Of a stretch of 64,000 nt of DNA, positions 23,701 to 37,300 are shown piece by piece. The stretch is taken from the NCBI GenBank assembly GCA_977030845.1, contig OZ365112.1:11408001-11472000 (forward strand), written 5' to 3'. The position numbers and the translations under genes were made by a program. Below the pieces are notes generated by a model. That model was given only the letters and a program-made list of their open reading frames with translations, searched no databases and had not been told where the DNA came from. Source of the DNA: Fimbriosthenelais zetlandica. Taxonomy: Eukaryota. The first letter of the stretch is position 1. Every line of letters starts with the position of its first letter.

Positions 23701-26700
23701 ATACGCGGAGCCTTGGAAAAAGTCATTATTTACAGCACTGGGCGCACATACTACAAGTGTATTTGTGTTGCAAGTTGTAGATATAATTAGACGTCAGTTT
23801 GATTTACTTTACAAACACATTAAAGATCAATGAAGAGTATTTATGGGAGATATGTCTATTATGGGCAAATAGAGAGCCTAGCCCCTGGCTAATCGTTGGA
23901 CTACGAGTCTCAAGTCTATTGTTAGGATGAGACCTCATATGGGGAGAGCTTGGACTGGATAGTTTCTCTACCTGTGTCTGCACCATCGACTTTACTTAAA
24001 TGTCTGGCATGGTGGTCTTTATTTTCTGGGTCTCTTGGCTTCTCTCCCAGTACTGAAGGGGCTTCATTGAGCCATATGTTGTATCCTTCTCCTCTGGATA
24101 TATGTCCTAAAACCTGGGGTGGGTCTCATAAAATATAAGACAAAATTCAACCTGTCCATTAAAATTTAAACGAAGAAATTCACTCAGAAACTGATATGAA
24201 AAATCCAGATTTGGAAATCATTCTCAATATAAACCTCAACATTGACTCTTCATATGAAATATGAAGTCTCAGTAGACAAACAAAGATCCTGTTATTCCAA
24301 GTAAATTAATCAGGATACCTGCCCCTAAGCCCTTACTGTATCAGCTGGCAAACACGGTCCCTTGGCCACCGACTCGGTTTCTTTCATTCTCTCTCGCTCT
24401 CCCGGTATTCACTGCATGTGTACATTTTGCATGCTTCATTTGCTGTATTTATGTTGGAACACCGATCATATGGTCCGCTTCAATAATATTGTTGGCCTGT
24501 TATTTATAAAAGAATATGCTGTAGTATGATCACTAATAATTTATTCCATTAATATGGTGAGTTTTTAACTACCTGACTTTTAAAACCCGTTCCAAACAAT
24601 TCCTTATGAAAATGGTGAATACCTCTGAAAGAAAAGACCAGGGATGCCAAATTTTGAATTTTAATTTGGCAAACGTTCAATAAGGATTGATTGGTTTAAG
24701 CCCATCTTTTGGATGATGGACCGGTGAAGGGGACAAAATATCGATTTCTGTTCTTATTCAGTAATTGGTCATCACTTCATCCGATTATGCCATCATTTGA
24801 TTGATTCCCAAATAGTTATAACACCCCGCCACGCAACACGTGTTCATGTACACATGCGACTTGATGGAGATCTCACCTGCAACGCCAAACAATCCATGTT
24901 CACCATTACTAGGTTAATCCCCGTTTAAATATGGCTAATCGCATTTGTGGATTGGGAATTCCCAACCCGTGAATCACCATATTAGATATAATATACACCC
25001 ACCACCCACAACATAAGTATAAAGATGGTGACAAATCAGTCTCCATACATTTTACACATGTTTCCTGAGTGAATGGCATTAATGAATGTAATTATAATGC
25101 CCTGATTAATGATATTTAAATGATTGGATGACACAGTTATCAAAATATGTGATTATAGGGGGTATGATTTTAGTGGATCATACAAGCTGTTGTCTATATT
25201 TATAGAAATATTCACTTTAAAAATTCCGCTTGAAAAAGCAATTGATGTGGTGTGGCATCTATGTTGAAGGAGCGGCTCCGTGGGTGAGGAACATAAGCTC
25301 TTTCTATCAATCATTTCTAGGTCAACATTTAATCGATCCTGTTAGAGGCTGAGCTAGTCAGCCCTGGGCGCAGCAGGTGAGCTGCTCTCCCGCCTGGGAT
25401 GAGCAACTCCCAGCCGCTCTGAGACTTACCAGCCTTTAAAGTGGAAGTTGAACAGTTTAAATAGCCAGGCCTCCTGTGAATCTGACCTAGATCCTATTCT
25501 GAAACATAACTCAATTCCAATGATGGGGATCATTTAAAATACATTTTGTTAAACTTCAGTCGTGCCTCGTCTCTCACTTATAGATTTGACCCATATCTCA
25601 GGCTTAGCCTTATTCTATTTCAATGGCTGAGTTGATCTCAGGCTTAGATTCTATTTTTAACAGTTCAATATTTAAATGAGAAGGCGAGAATTACATAATG
25701 CTGCTATTATGCATCATATGATCTATGTAAGGCAGCTATGAAAGAATTAAATTTGGTCTTGTATATTCAGTGTCCTATTATATAATAAACCAAACGGTTT
25801 CTGCACTGTACACCATAGTCCAAGATAAGATACAATGAACATTTGTGATAGGTACTTGTACATAGATAGATTTATTATTCCTAAAGTTGGAATCATAATC
25901 CCAAAACTAACCCTTTATCTAACCAAACTTAGACAAGCTAATCCCCTGGAAATAGAGATGTTCCACTAGGTACAAACTTGGAGTAAAGTGCTCGAGGAGG
26001 AATTTCAGTCAGTAGTATAATGTCTTGTTAACCGCCACCACGCGCCTTTAAACTGTTGGTATTTGCCATGGTCATTTAACTCTAGGCCTGCCGTGTGCAT
26101 GGCATTCCTTCCGGGCCTTGGGTAATTCTCCTATACACAGCCAACTCTAATTTGTTCAAGCTCAAACTCGGACGCTTGTATGCTCTCAAGGTCACAAAGC
26201 AGCACGTGGTCGTGAGATTTTTCAATTAAGCCCCCCTGTTCAAGCCACCGCAATGCCAAGTATGGTATGTGGTGACAAGCCTATTGAAACTTTGAACAAC
26301 AGGGGCCGCCTATATAGCTCTCTTGAAGAATCACAGGAAAGCAAATATCCTGCGGTGGAAAAACTCAATCCCCCTCGAAAAAGGGTCAGGTTTTGTGAGG
26401 AGGGCAGCGGTCGAAAGTGAAGGCATGACTGGCTTTGTGGGGGCTATATAGACGGGGAAAGTGGATGACCTGAAAATTCCTATTGACCTTTGTCAGGTTG
26501 AGGTCAGGATTGTCACAGTTCATTCACACCTGATCCATCAGGCTTGAGTGGTATACAGCAACGTGCAAATCATCACCCTCTTCACCCACCTGGGTACTGA
26601 CCAACGGCTATCATTACCCTGTCTTTCAACATACAGGCTAAGTTGTCAGGGTACATTTGGGCTGTTCTCATGTATTAGTCCAAAAACCTCAAGAATTTTT

Positions 26701-29700
26701 ATTTTGTTTGAATAGGTAGAGGGATTATGCAAGAGTACATTGCTCTGGCTCATCTGCTTCACTTTCAATAGGTTTGCCTCGAGGTGTAGGTTCAACTTAA
26801 GCTACTGAAAGGCCATGTCAAGGTATTTTGATTTCATACCTGACAAATAATGTACTTGTTCATTCGCCTTATCACCGAGGGTCAGTGTTATAAATAGTGA
26901 CTTTTGTAAATGGCGTGTGAGTTTTGTGGCTGGGTAAATGCCAGAGCGGTGTGATAATTAGAGAGGGTAAATCTGAACCACAACAAAGTCACTGCTGGCT
27001 ACCTCAACCCATGGTAAAGGCCAGTACATAAATAGGCTTCTATAGGTCATATCATGCTCACCATAAGCTTCATGCTGTCTAAATCTCTGAAAAATATAGG
27101 CCTATGAAATATATAATACATTTTTTCATATTCTGAAAATTGTAGCCCTAGCATTACAGCACAATGGGTTGGCAAAAATATGTACTGTAGTGTACTCTTG
27201 ATCCTATATGAGATAATAAAATATGGCTGCTGGAATACGAAACCGTTTCTTTCTTAGAAAATACATTCATAGAGTAGACCTTATTAGATATCAGCTCTAA
27301 GCATAATAGACCTTTGTACTCTTGCATTAAATCATGTATGGAAAAAACTTGCTGTGTGGGTGCTAATCGGTTATTAATAGATTGACCTGTTACATCCTGG
27401 TTAGTGTCACAGACGGTACTGGTATAATTATTGTGGCCAATAAGACCACCTCTCACTGCCATCTGTCATCAAGATTACAGCTTGTCATATCTATTCAGCT
27501 TTTCCTGCAATATCTCAGACATAGAATATATAATTGAAATGATAGTATTTATATCCATGGGAGCTCTTACTCTCTCACCCGTTACAGACATTGCAACACA
27601 GGTCTCAACTGTGATTTATGAAAGCTCGTATTCTCAAGAATGTATATTTTACACCAGACAATCTTCCACTTCCAATCCCTTCCTTTGCTAAGCAAATGGC
27701 CTCATAGGATCATAAATATAATTGCATTGTGATCTAAACGTTTTTTGTCATATTTAAAATGCAATTCGCTTCAAAAGGGATTAAATTGTGTTGCTAATGG
27801 TTTGGATTGTGATGATAGTTGTGAAGAGTTGATGGATGGATGATGATAGCGTGACAATGATCCTGATCTAGGTTAAATGATCACAGCTCTCCTCCCCATT
27901 TACTACTATAGGAGACGTCTATCCTACCATGGTATATATAACCAGGTCATAAACACTGCTAATACTTCGTAATGTGTCTGCTTTTACAATATTGACCATT
28001 TCCATTCTATATTGTTCAGCCAGGCCCTGAGATCAATACAAGGGCTGAATCCATTGTACTCTTACTACTCTGCTCCTAACCCCCCTCCCCATACAGTATC
28101 CCCACCCACCCACCTATTCACCCTCCCTCCATATCCAGTATTGGCCAAGGGATCAAAGGTTTGATCCTCTAGTAAAGGGGGCTTGTAGGTCGTGTTCCAA
28201 TGACATTAAAGCTGGTCGTTTTAGACCTGAGGCCGTGGCCAGCATTGTCCCCCATGTTCCACATCCTCGCTATAGTGTATAGTCTAATACAAGCCTACAG
28301 GCTACAATATAAGTTTGTGATATAATTAGTCCGTGTCGGTGCTTGTGAAGGCACATACTCAGGCCTTGGTTAACACTTAGTCACTCTCTATAGTTGGGAT
28401 ATTTCCCCCCTGGCTGTTAGCAAATCAGGAGCTGCTAGTAATTTATCATCAATACATCAGGCATGAGGCTGAAATTCCTGACCTAATTTTAGGCTAAATT
28501 AACCACTTTTAATAATTTAACAAGGCTACATAATATTATATCTTTAAATAATCAACGGTATTTTCATGTAACTTTGTGTCAGATACATGTAAAAGTTCCA
28601 TATAATTTAATGCCCATTTGATGAGAAAATCATAGATATTGTTGGCCAATCTTGTCTATAGTACATTTGTGATATAATTGCGATTTAGGTTATTTGGTCC
28701 AGAGGGCAAATGAGGTAAAGTTTTATGTATATTACAATGACTAATATATTTATAATGATGCTAAGGCTTTTGGTTTACCATGATGCCGGGTAGAGAGTCG
28801 TGCTCTACAGAATATGATATCATAATCATGTATGTTCAACCAGCTAGAATCGTGCTTAACCAATTTTCTGCTCCCTCAGTGTAAACAACACACATTAAGT
28901 GTTCTTGGTAGCCTTAAATGATTTGTCCCAAGCTCACATAACGATGATGCTGCTTCCTGGGAACCAAATGTGCAGAATTGAAATGCTGTTCATGATCATA
29001 AACCATCTGTCATGGCCAGGTATTATTGAGAGCAGTTACGACAAAAGTTGGACGGGCACAAGGTGTATAGCGAATCACTGCCTCAACTATAGTCTATACC
29101 GACATGTTTTCACTGCAGACCTCCCATATTAAGCCTGTAGGGTGGTGCTCTAAGCTCAGTTTGGTGACACAGAGTATAGAGTCCTCCTATAGAGAAAGCT
29201 GTGGTTTGTATCTTAATGATGTGATGGCATGTCAGGCACTAGTTATTCCTGGTGTGGAACAATCCTGCTCGTTTACTCGTCCATGTTGGCGACTCATGTT
29301 CCGGACCAGTTTTCCTTGCTTGAGGTTGGAGGAAGCAGAGTTGTCGATGGGCGTAGGTGAAAAATAAACAAGAAAAATTGGATAGACCAGGCCCAGGCTG
29401 TAGGTTCTGCCACTTGAATGCTGGAGGTCTCTGGTTCAATCTCCCAAGCATTCTCGAACGTTATCATTGCCCTTCACCCAGTTCTGCTAACTGGAATGGA
29501 TAATCAATAGATATATAAATCATCTTAAAATGTTAAAAGCTCATTGCTAACCTCCTACCTAGCACATCTAATTCTAGATCCCATACGCCATGCTGGGGTA
29601 GTTGGTTTAGTTATCTCTTTCACATGACCTTGTATCATTACATGTGTGAACATGCAGTAACTGCTTGATTCAGATGTCCAGCAACCTTTCATATCACCAT

Positions 29701-29772
29701 GGCAACGAAAAAGCATGCATAGTTGATGAAGGCATGACAGATGCGCGTTCACAGACATCCATGCTTGTTTCT

Positions 29773-29793
29773 GGGGGTGGGGGGGGGGGGGGG
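29773..29793 (+). repeat. Poly-G tract
   Basis: G5-T-G15. Confidence 0.85.
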
Positions 29794-32700
29794 AGTTACA
29801 TATGGACAGGCAATGGAGATGTACAGGGATGGCAAAGAAACATGAGGACACAAAAAGATATATGGACAGTTAGACAAAGAGAGCTGCATAGGTTAACATA
29901 ATGGGTAAAACATATAGGTATTGTGAAAAGCAAAACAGACAGAGGATGGAAATACATTTAGAGAAAAAGGAGGTGAAAGGGGAGCAAGAATGAAGAGAAA
30001 CGAGATACGTGGGAAAGTGTAAGGGTCATTGAGGAGATGGAGAGAGCGCTCACACTCTCTCACTCAGCTTTGTCCCCCATGCCAGCCAGCTAAATAATTG
30101 TACTGGAAGGCAGTTTTTTGGGTTTGCTCATTCGCTGGGAATGAGAAGGCCACCGATTTTCAATGGGGAGTGGAGGCGAGTGGCATATTTGACTATGATT
30201 TAAGGACTGGCTGGTCGTTCCCATGGTACCGTGAGCCAGATTGCATGCTGCCCCGGCTCCATACAACGGATTAGTTAGGTCATCAAAAAGCCAGCCAAGA
30301 TGTGCACTCAAAGCCCCCACTCCCAAACATGAACGATTTTACTTTCACAAATTATAAAACAGCATTGTTTCCGTGTATCCAAAAACCATTTAAACTAGGA
30401 AACATCAATTTTTTACTGAACAATTTTGACAGTGTGGCTCTAAATATTTTCTTGTGTGTCACAATGTCGGCAGCTGTGATGAAAAGAATGAAAGGCATTG
30501 ATCTGATGTCTCTAAAATATTCCTAATAAAGCTTAGAAAGCTGGGGAAAGGATGCTTGGCTCTCGCCATTAATGGGGGAGACTGGGGTGCATTCAAACAT
30601 AGACAATATATACAGTCTACGGCTGCTGTTCAAAGCCCCCGCCATGAGAAATAAAAGGAAAGCGGCATCTAGGCCCTGACAGATCTACAGCCGATCTTTT
30701 ATGAGAGAACATGCAATTTGCAACAAGCAAAGGCTTTTAGGCCTTCCAGATGTACTGCAGTGAGAGGGAAGCAGGCCGGGAGCGGGTGTTTTCATGGCCA
30801 GATATTCTGGATGTTCCTTGGCTTTACCTTGTCCTCATTTGTATGTTTTGCATTTTTTATCACTGACTTATAATCATTAAAGTTGCGAACGCGAATACAT
30901 TCAAGGGTTCTCATTCCTAACTAGTGATTGAATCGGCAGTGATTGAATTCATGTTAAACGCTTAATTTACCTTCTATAATATGTGATCAGCAAATTGGAT
31001 CAAGCATTGAACAATCACACGGCCTGTATTCATTCTTGAGACCTTATAGTAATATTCATTTTACTCAAATTCATTTTTCAAGTTGAGAGCAACTCATTTA
31101 AAATGAAAAGAATCGTGAATAGAAGGGACTTCAAATTCAATACTGAACAACCCGTCCCCTTCCAGAAGGCTGAACCCTTGTGAAAATCGTCGATCCTGGA
31201 CCCATACACCCCTCCCACCTCCCCCGCCACCACCTCCTGATCCCCCGCACGTCCAGTACAGGAGCTGACCACACTTAAAACATTGAGATGGTGGTCAGGC
31301 GGCTGCTCACTGGACCACAACTACTTCCATTTCATCTCACTTTACTGATGCTTCCCACATCCCCATCCTCAAACACTACCCTGAATTTCCTTCCCCTTTT
31401 CTCTGAACTGATTTCATCCATAGTCCCTTCAAGTGGATCTGTTTAATATCTGTTATTGGTACTCGTGATATAAAGTGTGATAACATAATCACAATGTTGT
31501 ATTGTTGAGCTATCTATTTTATTTTAGTAACAAAAGTTATTCCCTTCGACTAGAAGGTTTTTACTTTTAATATTGATAAATTAAACTTTGGTTCTCTGGG
31601 AAAATATATGAGAATTGAATGTTTTTAATATAGTCTTTCTGCTTGGAGATAAAAATCCGTTATAGTAATTTTTCAAGCATAGGTCACATTGAGAATGCTT
31701 CTCTCTCCCTCATGTTTGGACTAACCCAGACAGATAGGTCTACCCTTGTCTTATTGAAGATCACGTTCAGCTGACAATGATTGAAGATTATGTTGTAGAT
31801 CTTAGTCAGGTCACTACACCCGACTGTTTAGCACGTTAATCCACAGTCAAAGTCCCTTTAGTCCTGTTCCCAGGTCCCAGCTCACTCTCTACTCCATCAG
31901 ACTATAGGAAATCCTTTAATAAACCTGGTTGCACCTTCTCAAACGCTTCCTGCCTAGTTTGGCTACAATGAACTGAGGAAAGATCTATTTTCCATTGACT
32001 GAATATATATATTTCCATTTGTCTTGGATTTTGAAGTTAAATTTAAAAGTTAGGAAATAACTAGGATTGAAGAAAGGGCAATGACTGATCTGCAGAGGTT
32101 TGTTCGTTAGAAATATTTGACAATTCAGATTGTCATGCTCGAGAATCTCATTTTTCAAATGGAGGATTCACCTCGAGCTGCCTCCACTGCTCAGTATAGT
32201 TGTTGCCACGGCCTGCATCTTCTATTCCTTTCCCATTCTAAATCAGATTTTTAGGAACTCATTGAATTCCGCCGGTCTAATTAGGAGGATTGTTTATGCC
32301 TGAAGCCATTGCTCATAATGCAGGATAAAGCCTCAGTTCCCTCCACCTTCCTGCTCCACCATGATGCTCTAAAAGCATATGAGAGGATCTGAGTTCTCTC
32401 ACAGGCGGGAGGCCGCCATATTGATCCTATGATGGATTACCACCAGGGTTAATCACTTTAATTAGACTTAAATATCTCCACTCTTACAATCCAGAGTGTT
32501 ACCTCGGCTCACATCAAAGAAATGGGCACCTTAGATAAAAACATGTACACCTTAACAGCTACAATTATCTTCAAATACAATTTAAATTTCACAACTTTTA
32601 AAATATTTTAGTAGAATGAAGCAGCAAAGAGGATGTTGAAATGGGTTATTTCGTTTTAATTTTCCTGGTAGAGGGAGCATATGGTTCTTGCATCCGTAAG

Positions 32701-34172
32701 CATATTCCACTTTCCCTATACTACTCGGTTTTTCCAACCAAACTTCCAGATTTCTACGATAACTTCACGAGACAATTTCGAAATCATTAATTCATCTAAT
32801 GTATTTAGATGGTCACTGAGCTTTAGATGTAGTTTTGATATGTAAAATGAAGATGGGCTTCAATCCAGTGGAACAAATTCAATGTTGCTGCAAGGAAATG
32901 AAGTGTAGTAATGAGAGGAATATTCATTGTGCGTTCTGTGTCAGGGTAATGCTATATGTGCGCGAGTAATTACAAACACGTTTCACCATTAATTGTTGCT
33001 CTGTATCATATTCGTCTTTCAGTCCTTGAGGCAATGCTTTATGAGCTATAGTAAATTAGGTTAGTCCTCAGTAGTATACTTTTATCATAGACATCCAGTA
33101 ATTGACATTGTCAGAAGCCTTTCCTCTATCATTTGCCTTGTAATAATCATGCTTGAAGGGTCTTACCTTGTAATTCAGAACGCACGATGTCCTCTCAATT
33201 CCCAGCTCTAGAACGACAACAAACACTTTATCCTTGGCAAGCCAACATACTGTTACATCCGTCCCTATACTCTGTGCCACGCCACCTTATGTTTTGAGTA
33301 GAATTCAATAGGCTCAGTATGAGAAGCCTTTGTTGTGAATTGAACACAAGTTGGCATGGAGTGTCAGTGGTGTTTAGATCACATATATTGGCTTGGAATG
33401 GTACTGAAGCCCTTTCATCTCTTCCCACCACTTTCCCTTCCCGATTAGCGGAGATAGAATTTTATGAAGAGGAAACTCATTTGCCACGGCTCCGCATATA
33501 TATTGATTTCTGACGGGCGTAATGTTCATTAGCTAGTCTTCACTCATGTTTTTTAAAGACTTGGCTTCAATTGTCTCTATGTAATTAAAACGCATGTCAG
33601 TGCATGTCTTAATGAGACTTTTTTTAACTGAAGAACAGTAAAAATATTCTTGTGATACCTTGGATTTTACTCGGATATATTGTATGACATATGACTGAGA
33701 AATATGTTCTCTTCTTTTTGAAATTGGGATCTTCGCGGATTCCAATGACAGTGTCCTGTGGTAAACAGTTTCAAATAACTTCATTTTCCAGTGGTTCTTT
33801 TAACACTTGTTGCATTTTCAAAGTTACTCGTTCCATTTAATTTTTCCTAAATTAAAATTGTGTCTTGTATTATGATATGTTATTATTGAAATGTTTCATA
33901 CGGTTATCTTCTGCAGCTGCATATCATCATTTGACATAAATTATGAAGAACATGATATGACATTTTAAAAATGTAAAACAGCTAATATTTATCGTATCAG
34001 GTAAATCTTGGCAGGTGATATTTGGATAACACACTTTATCATAATTCACAGACTGTTCACCTTTGAGTGTATGAATGATGTGACTCGAGGCTGTATCAAT
34101 ACCTGTCAGTTTGGATCACATTTACCTGTCGGTTTCTTCCATATTAACCTCTCACCTCTCTCACTCTTGCAG

Positions 34173-34333
34173 GCACTGGTATTCTGGGCGGCCTTGCCCG
34201 TCCTCTGGCTCCTGGTCACCCTGCTCATCTTCCTCATGTACTTCTGCTACCGCTGCTGTCAAAAGGAACCAGACAAAAAGCGGAAGGGAACTTGTCTGCC
34301 ATGGGCCATGGCTGTCCTCGCCTTGTTAACATG
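34173..34333 (+). CDS. TTYH: Tweety exon 2 (TM1, Cys-rich loop, start of TM2)
   Basis: ttgcag|GCA...ACA TG|gtaagt. Encodes ALVFWAALPVLWLLVTLLIFLMYFCYRCCQKEPDKKRKGTCLPWAMAVLALLT. Confidence 0.93.
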
Positions 34334-37300
34334 GTAAGTGGAGGGAGAGGGACAGGAGGGGTCCTCAAGGCTATAATGTTTCTATCTCCGCTCACCACTC
34401 TTCATTCATACAAAAATTCTATCCCCTCTCACCCCTCCTCACCCATAGAATTCCTTATGTTTAATATTGAGTACTCAAATAATGTACATAGCCTTAGTGT
34501 TGTCATGGCGTTAAATCATCATTCATTCACTATAATGTATTGAGTACTTCCAATTTGTTCTTACATATGCACCGCAGTTTTGTGTCTTAAAATATATAAT
34601 GATTAGAATATAGATTTAAATACACATAATAGCAGTAACAGCTGACTAAACCACCTCCTCTTGTTTTAGTATAGCACTTTGTTCTTCTGTTTTTTTTGTA
34701 AATGTAATCAAGATATTGCAGGTTATTCTTTTGCTGAACTTGATAACAAATTCATGATCAAAGAAATTGTTTCCGTCTTAATCTGACATGTGATAAAATT
34801 GTAATGGGAATCAAGAATGGAAACCGTGTTCTTTTGGCACAAAAGTGGGAATATAAAACACCTCAAAAGGGGATATGAAAATGATAGCATCTCAAGCTAA
34901 AACATGCAGCAAACTAAAGGCGCCATGGCGCTTTACTTTTTATGGATACTATTTATAACAGTTGAAGGTTTTATTAAATCTGCGGCTGTCAAACATTGTT
35001 CCCTTAATTGATGTTTCCAGCTTCAGAGAAGAAATTAATCGATGAAATATTTAATGTGCGCCGAGACTGGGCAAGTAGAGAGGGGGGGAGGGCTGGGAAT
35101 GGAGTGGGCTGGGTTGTTCCTGCCCCAAGCACACTAGACTTCCCCCACCCACTTGGCGTGCCAAAAATCTTCAGGGGAATGTTGAGGCACGTAATAAGGT
35201 CACAGCTTCAGACTATTTCAGTATGCAACCCGTCAGCCACTGTTAGGACAAATTTAGAAAGACAGGGGATTAGAGTTGGGGGGCGAAATGCTGCCTCTGC
35301 CATGGACTTATTAACTGTGGCATCAATCTATATTCTACGCCAACCTGTGTTCACATTTGGACATTAAAGGCTGGCTCCCCTTATGGGCAGGTGTTATGGA
35401 TGCAAGCCTGAAGGTGTCACAGACTATGCATGTAGCTGAGGGCCACACATGGGGCAATTATAACTTCCCATGTCCTTCAACAATTACTGAAGGCTTTAAA
35501 TGATGTGATGTAAATGATTATGAGGTTGAAGTAGAGGAATGAAGCTGGTAAGAGGCGGGTTTCAGTGTCAAGCACATTCCCTGCCCGTGGAGGTGACAAT
35601 ATGGAGGAGGGAAGGTGCAGGAGGAGCGCACCCAGCCTTCCTCCCATTCCCACTCCTCCATTTCCCCTTCTCTACCCGCGTGCCCATCGTTTGTGTCACC
35701 TAAATCCCCAAAGGCAGTCTCCATGGCAACCTAATGATATTTGGCCGCCATTGTTGGGTGTAGGAACCTGGGTGGAGGAGGTAGCGGGTTACCAGACTGA
35801 GAGAGAGGACCATCTCCCCTAACTCTCTTTGAAGAGAAGATTTACACAACACCCAGCAAGGCGTTAGGGCTGGGGAGCAATGTCTGTATTGGGTGGGTGC
35901 CCCATACACTGTTGCCATGGTGGGACCCAAGGTTATGACCTTTCGCCCCACGTTCCCGCGTCAATTGATGCCTGCAGGTCATCTATTTGTTGCCGGGTAT
36001 AGATTTATACACATTAGATTCTGAGTCAGTCATGGCAGCCACATGGGATCCAAAACCGCCATTAATGCACTCCTAAAATGTTCCCTTATGAATGGCTTCA
36101 TAGCCAGACTGATTCTTATCAACATCGATTGCTTTGAGATTGTATGGAATTAATAGGAGCAATGCACAAGTGGAGCCACAGAGATCTACAGAGGGAAATG
36201 TTGCTGTAGTGGACTCCCTTTATAGCCCTGTAAAGTGTGATATATGGGTTGCTGAGGTGGATTGGGAGGTGATCTAAACGTTGAGTAAAACAAAACGCAA
36301 CCAGGCAGTGTGTAATAGAGATGAATTATTCAACACGCGAGCTGTAGAAGATAGAGGTTGTCATTGTGTTAGTTCAGTCAGTATGGTTTGCTTTGCAGAC
36401 CATGCCAGAGAAACAATACTGCTTACCGATGCTCATAGGTGAGCTTTCATAAGGTCCCTGCCAATATACCTTCACATCAACTATGCATGTGTCTATGTCC
36501 ACTGGGACTTGACTATAGTTGTTTTAATGCCTTTGATGGGACTCTGGACTTTCACAGAGTAACATAGGCTCAAAAGGTGATGAATATTGTATCCTTGAGC
36601 TTGGCTTCAGACAACATTTTTGAAGATTTCTGGAAATCTTATATTTTCTCATCTTAGCTCAGCTCGCCAGAGCTGATGGGCTTGAACCCCATGCTACTGT
36701 CAGGAACTTTGATTTGACAGAATAGCTGTGCCACACACAATCTGAGGTGGCATGCCACGATCTAATACATTTGATACTAGAATTAATAATTTCCCTGTTT
36801 CCCGATTTTGACAAAGATCTGGGTCCCAATATGCTAGAATATACTATGGGATTTATGTGTTGTAAAGCATTAGGTATTACTGGACCTTTTTCACAACCAG
36901 CACATCAGAAGAAAAGATACATGCAATGAACCTATAGATAACATTTTCTCTTGTCCCGTCACATGAAAGCAGGGAACAATATTTAGCAGTGTTGTGTGGT
37001 TGACACTGTTGATTCAATCCATGGAGCCTCAATACAATGTCATGCTATGATACCTGCCACTGATACTGCTGCTGCTGTTACAGCTCTCTCCTCATTTATC
37101 CATCATTCATTTGCCTGACATTATATACCCTCTACAATCCTCCCCTCTCAACCCCGCCCTGTCACGAGATAGGCTTATCACATGGTCTATTCAAGACACG
37201 CTGGCTATTACTCACTCACTGAATTCAACCCATTTGTACCCTTTACAAAGCTGTGTTAATTAACAGTAATGGACCTGTACGGTTTCCTGTGCTATTGGGG

